NCBI GenBank assembly: GCA_965220085.1
Contig: CBDCOZ010000003.1
Coordinates: forward strand, 864,001 to 928,000
Length of the DNA stretch: 64,000 bases
Direction of reading: 5' to 3'
Origin: Candidatus Oxydemutatoraceae bacterium
Lineage (GTDB): Bacteria; Pseudomonadota; Gammaproteobacteria; Poriferisulfidales; Oxydemutatoraceae
Below the pieces are notes generated by a model. It was given only the letters and a program-made list of their open reading frames with translations, was not told the origin of the DNA and did no database searches. The translations under genes were made by a program, and so were the position numbers. Below are positions 58,645-64,000 of the stretch, in pieces (position 1 is the first letter of the stretch; the number at the start of each line of letters is the position of its first letter).

Positions 58645-59406
58645 ATGAACCCGAACAAAAAAACAATCTCCGTTTGTATCTTCTGTGTGTTGGTCGCATC
58701 GTCTCCGCTTCTCATCGGCTGTGCTGCGACGTGCGCCGACATGAGCTACGAAGATGCCGCCGATCCGTGGCAAGGCATGAACCGAAAGGTCTTTGCGTTT
58801 AACGAGACGCTTGACTCGGTGACACTCAAGCCGGTCGCGAAAGGCTATCGTGAGTTGCCGTCTTTTATCCGCCATCGGATTTCAAATTTCTTCGCTAATC
58901 TCGGCGACCTGCCGAATGCCGCAAATAACTTTCTGCAAGCCAAGTTCGGCGATGCGGCGAGCGATGTGATGCGGTTTGTCGTCAATACCACCTTCGGCGT
59001 TTTGGGCATGTTTGATGTGGCGTCCGATATGGGGCTTGAGAAGCGCGATGAGGATTTCGGCCAAACCCTTGCCTGGTGGGGAGTCGGTTCCGGGCCGTAC
59101 CTGGTGGCGCCGATTCTTGGGCCCAGCACGGTGCGCGACCTCCCGAGCGCCTTTGCGGACTACCTGATGTCTCCCCTGAGTTATGTCAGCAATGTGCCTG
59201 TTCGCAATGTTTTGCGAGCGACCAATGCGGTTGAAGTCCGCAGCGACTTCTTGGCCAAAGAAGATGTGGTGCGCGAGATATCGCCGGATTTTTATTCGGC
59301 GGTCAAGTCTTTCTATCTCGATCGGCGCAAGGCGCAGGTCAACGATGGCAAAGATACGGATGAACTCGAAGACCTCTATGACGGGGTCAGCGATTTGAGC
59401 CGCTGA
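58645..59406 (+). CDS. mlaA: MlaA/VacJ lipoprotein
   Basis: Lipobox LIGC, DPW.GMNR..F.FN, RF..NTTFG..G..DVA, EDFGQTL..WG..SGPYLV.P.LGPST.RD. Confidence 0.93.
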   Translation: MNPNKKTISVCIFCVLVASSPLLIGCAATCADMSYEDAADPWQGMNRKVFAFNETLDSVTLKPVAKGYRELPSFIRHRISNFFANLGDLPNAANNFLQAKFGDAASDVMRFVVNTTFGVLGMFDVASDMGLEKRDEDFGQTLAWWGVGSGPYLVAPILGPSTVRDLPSAFADYLMSPLSYVSNVPVRNVLRATNAVEVRSDFLAKEDVVREISPDFYSAVKSFYLDRRKAQVNDGKDTDELEDLYDGVSDLSR

Positions 59407-59440
59407 ACAATATTTTTTCCTCACTTACTTCTGTTAAATT

Positions 59441-60010
59441 ATGAAAACTGACAACGACAAAGCGATACAAGAATTGGTTTCCAAACTGCTATGCGAACTC
59501 GGCGAAGACCCGGCGCGCGAGGGCTTGCTGGAGACCCCGCGCCGAGTGGCCAAGGCGCTGAAATTTTTAACCAGCGGCTACCGCATAGATATCAAGGACA
59601 TCCTGCGCAAAGCGATGTTTGATGTCCAGTGCGACGAGATGGTTATTGTCAAAGATATTGAGTTTTACTCTCTTTGCGAGCATCACATTTTGCCGATTAC
59701 CGGCAAGGCGCACATCGGTTATTTGCCCAATAAAAAGGTGGTCGGCCTGAGCAAGTTGGCGCGGGTTGTCGATGTCTATGCGCGGCGTCTGCAAGTGCAA
59801 GAGAGGATGACGAATCAGATTGCCAGCGACCTGATGAATATTCTCAATGCGCGCGGCGTCGGAGTGGTCGTTGAGGCGATACACTACTGCATGGTTATGC
59901 GCGGCGTGCAGAAGCAGAATAGCAAGACGGTGACCAGCGCGATGGTCGGTTCGTTCCGCGACGACCCGAGGACCCGCACCGAATTTATGGGGCTTATCAA
60001 GAGCGTCTGA
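59441..60010 (+). CDS. folE: GTP cyclohydrolase I
   Basis: [40 protein letters not shown]. Confidence 0.97.
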   Translation: MKTDNDKAIQELVSKLLCELGEDPAREGLLETPRRVAKALKFLTSGYRIDIKDILRKAMFDVQCDEMVIVKDIEFYSLCEHHILPITGKAHIGYLPNKKVVGLSKLARVVDVYARRLQVQERMTNQIASDLMNILNARGVGVVVEAIHYCMVMRGVQKQNSKTVTSAMVGSFRDDPRTRTEFMGLIKSV

Positions 60011-60088
60011 CTGTGATTGTCGGAGTGTTCTTTGCCGATACCCGCATAATGCGCAAAGCGGTCTATAATACATAACTCATCCCGGTAC

Positions 60089-60165
60089 GCGCCCGTAGCT
60101 CAGTTGGATAGAGTACCTGGCTACGAACCAGGCGGTCGGAGGTTCGAATCCTTCCGGGCGCGCCA
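60089..60165 (+). tRNA. tRNA-Arg (anticodon ACG)
   Basis: GCGCCCG/CGGGCGC acceptor stem, CCTGG-CT-ACG-AA-CCAGG anticodon arm, GGTTCGAATCC, CCA end. Confidence 0.97.
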
Positions 60166-60202
60166 GCAGATTGGAAAGATCGGGAATGCCGCGGGTCGCA
60201 AT

Positions 60203-60961
60203 ATGAGCATGAAGTTTTTTTTCACTCTGATCATCGTATCGATCGCCGGCTTCGCTCTGGCCGGCGATGCCTTTGACGATGCGTCGCGCGTGACGCGCGA
60301 TAGCTTGCGCGAATCCGCGGACTCACAGCTTTATATCAATGATTTGGATGACGAGACCGGGCGTTTGCTGGCGGAGTATCAAACGTTGCGCAAACAAAAT
60401 GCGGCGCTCTCGACATATGTCGAGCGGATGCAAACTTTGGTCGTCGATCAGAGACGGTCGCTGGACGCCCTGCGACAATCCATTGCGCGCGCCGGCAATA
60501 TCCGGCGCAGCGTGTTGCCGCTCGCCCACGAGATGGCCGGGGCTTTGCGAGAATTTGTGGCCGGGGACATGCCGTTTCGGCGACAACAGAGGCTCGAGGC
60601 CATCGACGATCTGCGCGTGATGCTGGATGATGCGGGCATCTCCGCCGCGCTCAAGTTCCAGCGTGTGCTGGAGATGTATGAGATCGAGCATGGCTACGGG
60701 CGGACGGCGGGAGTCTGGCGCGCGGCGGCGCCCGGCGGCGGCGATCAATTGGTCGATTTCTTGCGCATCGGTCGCAGCGCGCTGATATATCGCTATCCGG
60801 ATAAGAACAAAGCGATGGTCTGGAACAAGTCAAAAGAAGCATGGCAGCCGCTCGCCGACGAGTATGACCGTTATGTCCGGCGCGCGATGAGAATCGCGCG
60901 CCGCAATGCGGCGCCCGACTTGCTTGTCTTGCCGATGTTGCCGCCGCAGGCGGTCGAATAA
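60203..60961 (+). CDS. DUF3450 (TtpB-like) periplasmic protein
   Basis: Signal peptide, coiled coil, D.PF...R, KF.RVLE.Y.IE..YG, VDFLRIGR, APDLL.LP. Confidence 0.85.
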   Translation: MSMKFFFTLIIVSIAGFALAGDAFDDASRVTRDSLRESADSQLYINDLDDETGRLLAEYQTLRKQNAALSTYVERMQTLVVDQRRSLDALRQSIARAGNIRRSVLPLAHEMAGALREFVAGDMPFRRQQRLEAIDDLRVMLDDAGISAALKFQRVLEMYEIEHGYGRTAGVWRAAAPGGGDQLVDFLRIGRSALIYRYPDKNKAMVWNKSKEAWQPLADEYDRYVRRAMRIARRNAAPDLLVLPMLPPQAVE

Positions 60962-60963
60962 CG

Positions 60964-62313
60964 ATGATGTGCCGCGGCTTGTTTTTTGTTTTGTTCGCGC
61001 TGTGGTGCGCGGGCAGCGGCGCAGAAGATGCTTTGTCGGACCGGGCCGAGGCGGAAGCCGCCGCCAATGCGCGCATCGATGACGAACGAGAGCGCGAGTT
61101 TCTCCGACGCAAGGAGCGACAGGCCGAGACCTTGTCGCGCGAGCGGGAAACATTTGAGCGGCTGACCGCGCAGAGCGAAGAGTTGGAAGCGGAATTTGAA
61201 ACGAATCGCGCCAAATTAGCCGAGCTGGAGACCATTTACCGCCAGCGGGCCGGCGATTCCACCGAGGTCTTTGCGTTGGTCAGGCGCGGCGGCGCGGAAT
61301 TCAAAGCGAGTTTGGCCGAGTCGTTCATCGGCCTGTTGGCGGTCGATTGGCAACAGCGTATCGATGCGATCACCGACAAGGAGGAGGTGTTTGACGCGCA
61401 AAAGACGCGCGATTTCGGGCGGCTGATGCTTGAGGTGATGGCCTTGCAATCCGGCAGTTATCAAAAGCCGACGGACATCATACGCGCCGATGGGCGGGTG
61501 GAAACACGTCAGGCAGTGTTCGTGGGCGAGTTCAGCGCGATGGCCGACGGGCAATTCCTGAAGTATTTGCCGAATAACGGAATTCCGGCAATCGTGCCGC
61601 GTCAGCCGGCGGCGCGTTACCTCTCTGTCGCCGCCGAGCTCGCCGCGGGCACAGCGGTCGATGAGAACGGGTTTGTTGCCACGCCGATCGATGTGTCGCG
61701 CGGGACGATATTTTCTATTCTGGAGCAGTCGCCGAATATCATAGAGCGGGTCGGGCAGGGCGGTGTGATCGCGGCAGTGATTTTGATTCTGGGCGCGATT
61801 GGTTTTGCGCTGGTTATCGAGCGCTTGTTTGTGTTGGTACGCACCGAGAGGGCGGTGTCCGCGCAAAAGGATAATGCTGTCTGGTCGGATGACAATCCGC
61901 TCGGGCGGCTGATGAATGCCTGCAAAGGGACGGAGCTTGCCGACTGCGAGGAGATGGAGTTGCGTTTGCACGATGCGGTATTGCGAGAAACGCAGATGTT
62001 GGAGCGGGGGTTTGGCATCATCAAGGCGCTGGCTTCTATCGCTCCGCTGCTTGGCTTGCTCGGTACCGTGGTCGGAATGATAGAGACTTTTCAGGCGATC
62101 ACCCTGTTTGGCGCCGGTGACGCGCGGGTGATGGCCGGCGGCATCAGTCAGGCTCTGGTCACGACGATGCTGGGTCTGGGGGCGGCGATTCCGTTGCTGT
62201 TGCTCTATGTGATTGCGACCGGTCGCAGCCGCCGGATTCGTCAGATATTGGAACAGCAGAGCGCCGGCGTTCTGGTCGCGAGAATTTTGCCGAAAGCGGG
62301 GGACAAAGCGTGA
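60964..62313 (+). CDS. TtpC-like large MotA/TolQ/ExbB protein
   Basis: N-terminal coiled coil; APLLGLLGTV.GMI.TFQ.I, MAGGISQAL.TT. Confidence 0.9.
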   Translation: MMCRGLFFVLFALWCAGSGAEDALSDRAEAEAAANARIDDEREREFLRRKERQAETLSRERETFERLTAQSEELEAEFETNRAKLAELETIYRQRAGDSTEVFALVRRGGAEFKASLAESFIGLLAVDWQQRIDAITDKEEVFDAQKTRDFGRLMLEVMALQSGSYQKPTDIIRADGRVETRQAVFVGEFSAMADGQFLKYLPNNGIPAIVPRQPAARYLSVAAELAAGTAVDENGFVATPIDVSRGTIFSILEQSPNIIERVGQGGVIAAVILILGAIGFALVIERLFVLVRTERAVSAQKDNAVWSDDNPLGRLMNACKGTELADCEEMELRLHDAVLRETQMLERGFGIIKALASIAPLLGLLGTVVGMIETFQAITLFGAGDARVMAGGISQALVTTMLGLGAAIPLLLLYVIATGRSRRIRQILEQQSAGVLVARILPKAGDKA

Positions 62314-62894
62314 TGGCCGGCGATATATTTGCGCTATTGGTGTGGCCGATTGAAGAGTTGATCGACTTGGGCGGCGCGGTGTTGTTGCCGATCATGCTGG
62401 CGACCTTCGTCATGTGGGCGCTGATCAGCGAGCGTTATTGGTATCTCACTTCAACCTGTTGCCGGCTCTATGACGATTGCCTGAAAGCCGGCGAGCGGAT
62501 GAGGGCCGCTTGCTCTGAGCGGCCGATTGCCGCCCTGCGGATGCGGCGGATTTCCGAATTTCGCTTATCGGCGGCGCGCGGGCTTGAGATCATACAGAGT
62601 TTGGTACGGGCGAACATCCTGTTGGGTTTGTTTGGCACGGTGCTCGGCATGATAGAGGTGTTTGACGGTCTTGCCAGCAGCGGCGTAGGCGATGCGCGCG
62701 TTGTCACCGATGGCATCTTCAAAGCGATTATCCCGACGCTGGCGGGAATGGTCGCGTCTTTGTCGGGCTTTGTGTTTTCGATTGACTTGAAGCGTCGTTT
62801 TAGGGCGGTGACCGAACGGTTTGCGATGGATTTATACGGGCGAACGCATGTTGCGGGCGGCGGGAGCGCGGCGCCGACGGGGGCCGGGGCTTGA
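62310..62894 (+). CDS. exbB: ExbB proton channel
   Basis: LLGLFGTV.GMIEVF, GI.KA.IPT.AG. Confidence 0.85.
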   Translation: MMAGDIFALLVWPIEELIDLGGAVLLPIMLATFVMWALISERYWYLTSTCCRLYDDCLKAGERMRAACSERPIAALRMRRISEFRLSAARGLEIIQSLVRANILLGLFGTVLGMIEVFDGLASSGVGDARVVTDGIFKAIIPTLAGMVASLSGFVFSIDLKRRFRAVTERFAMDLYGRTHVAGGGSAAPTGAGA

Positions 62895-62895
62895 T

Positions 62896-63306
62896 ATGAG
62901 AAAACGATACGGCCAAGACGAGCGCGACGACGATCTGGACATCAACATGACCCCGATGTTGGATGTGATATTTATCCTGCTTATATTTTTTGTCGTCAGC
63001 GCATCCTTTGTCAAAGAAGCCGGCATCGCGGTCGATCGCCCGCAGTCCGACACGGCGGTGCGGCAGGATCAGGTCTCCGTCGTTGTCGCCATCAGCAGCG
63101 ATGGCGAGGTGTGGGTCAATCAGCGTCGTATCGACGCGCGCGCGGTCGCCGCCAATGTGGAACGCTTGCATCTGGAAAATCCGCAACTCTCGGTATTGGT
63201 GATGGCCGATCGCGCATCACAAAACGGCGTTCTGGTGAAAGTGTTGGACGGCATTCGCAAAGCCGGCGTTGAGAAGATTGCAATCGTCGCGAACCATGAC
63301 AGTTAG
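62896..63306 (+). CDS. exbD: ExbD
   Basis: INMTPMLDVIFILLIFFVV.ASF. Confidence 0.93.
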   Translation: MRKRYGQDERDDDLDINMTPMLDVIFILLIFFVVSASFVKEAGIAVDRPQSDTAVRQDQVSVVVAISSDGEVWVNQRRIDARAVAANVERLHLENPQLSVLVMADRASQNGVLVKVLDGIRKAGVEKIAIVANHDS

Positions 63307-63910
63307 ACATGCGGCGGCCTATCCGCTGCTGTTAGCGGTCGCGCTGTTGATCACCTGGTCTTTGTTTTTTCTGGTGTACCGGCTGACGGTATTTGAGGGG
63401 GCGGCGGAAGTCGGGGAGCCCAAGGTGTTTCCGATAGATTTTGTGGAAGTCGCCCGCGAATTGCCGGAAGAGCCCGAGCCGTTGCCGGAAAAACCCAAAC
63501 CGCAGGCGGCGCGACCGCAGATTCCGTCTATACAAAAATTTTCGCCGCCGATTCAACCGGCCCATCTGAGCGCCGATGGCGCGCTATTGTCAAACTTGAC
63601 CGGCTTGTTGACCGGATTGCCGGAGCCGGGTATCGGCGGCGAAGCGACTCCTATAGTCCGTGTCAGCCCGATTTACCCGGTATCCGCGGCGAGCCGGGGG
63701 GTTGAGGGGCGGGTCAGAATAGTGTTTGCCATCAACGAAGAAGGTTGGGTAGAGTCGCCCGAGGTGATCGAGTCCGAGCCCAGCGCGATTTTTAACCGTT
63801 CCGCCTTGCGCGCCGTTTCAAAGTGGCGCTATCGTCCGCAGATCACAGACGGTCGGGCGCAACGCCGCGAGGGGGTTGAGGTGATCATTGAATTTCGTTT
63901 GGATCAATGA
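63296..63910 (+). CDS. tonB: Energy transducer TonB
   Basis: TM anchor, Pro/Glu/Lys-rich linker, P.YP..A..RG.EG.V, F...A..AV.KWRY.P. Confidence 0.92.
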   Translation: MTVRHAAAYPLLLAVALLITWSLFFLVYRLTVFEGAAEVGEPKVFPIDFVEVARELPEEPEPLPEKPKPQAARPQIPSIQKFSPPIQPAHLSADGALLSNLTGLLTGLPEPGIGGEATPIVRVSPIYPVSAASRGVEGRVRIVFAINEEGWVESPEVIESEPSAIFNRSALRAVSKWRYRPQITDGRAQRREGVEVIIEFRLDQ

Positions 63911-64000
63911 TGACTGCTAGATCGGCTTGTCGGTTTTGCCGCATTGCTTCCGCCTTGGCGTTGCTCGTGTGCTCGCCAACTGTATTCGCGGCGCCGACCT
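63907..64000 (+). CDS. Partial secreted protein (probably TtpD/TPR by operon context)
   Basis: ATGA overlap with tonB; signal-peptide-like MMTARSACRFCRIASALALLVCSPTVFAAP; truncated by the window. Confidence 0.5.
   Translation, partial: MMTARSACRFCRIASALALLVCSPTVFAAPT

Noticed and set aside
60104-60202. N-terminal part of the 285-aa ORF
   Set aside because: Overlaps tRNA-Arg; the signal-peptide start is at 60203.

Overview
GC-rich proteobacterial (most likely gammaproteobacterial) chromosome segment. Most of it is housekeeping: pur/pyr/thi/bio/fol/arg/leu genes, lepA, gltA, hflKC-hisZ-purA, rpsP-rimM-trmD-rplS, moaA, tRNA-Gly(CCC), tRNA-Arg(ACG) and a TonB2/TtpC-type energiser operon, plus a serine-cycle-type cluster (sga-mcl-mtkAB-2-hydroxyacid dehydrogenase). 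The most striking accessory content is a dispersed family of three secreted, modular Ig/cadherin-like proteins (36949-38223, 45438-47021, 55594-58323). All three end in the identical peptide LRLRLRLFLEGPLR, encoded with only synonymous differences. Two carry poly-C tracts just after their likely start codons (one in frame, one out of frame), one sits between IS481-like ends, and four orphan copies of the tag-coding DNA lie nearby. Together this suggests an undescribed C-terminal sorting or attachment signal on phase-variable, shuffled surface proteins (inference). The window also has repeated tandem amplifications centred on gene junctions (purA/hydroxyacid dehydrogenase, udg/rimI, adhesin 3' end), a decayed IS481/toxin-antitoxin/duplication hotspot (51.6-55.5 kb), an S16 with a 12-aa repeat tail and a candidate leuA attenuator. 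All calls come from reading the sequence and recalled family motifs; no database searches were run.
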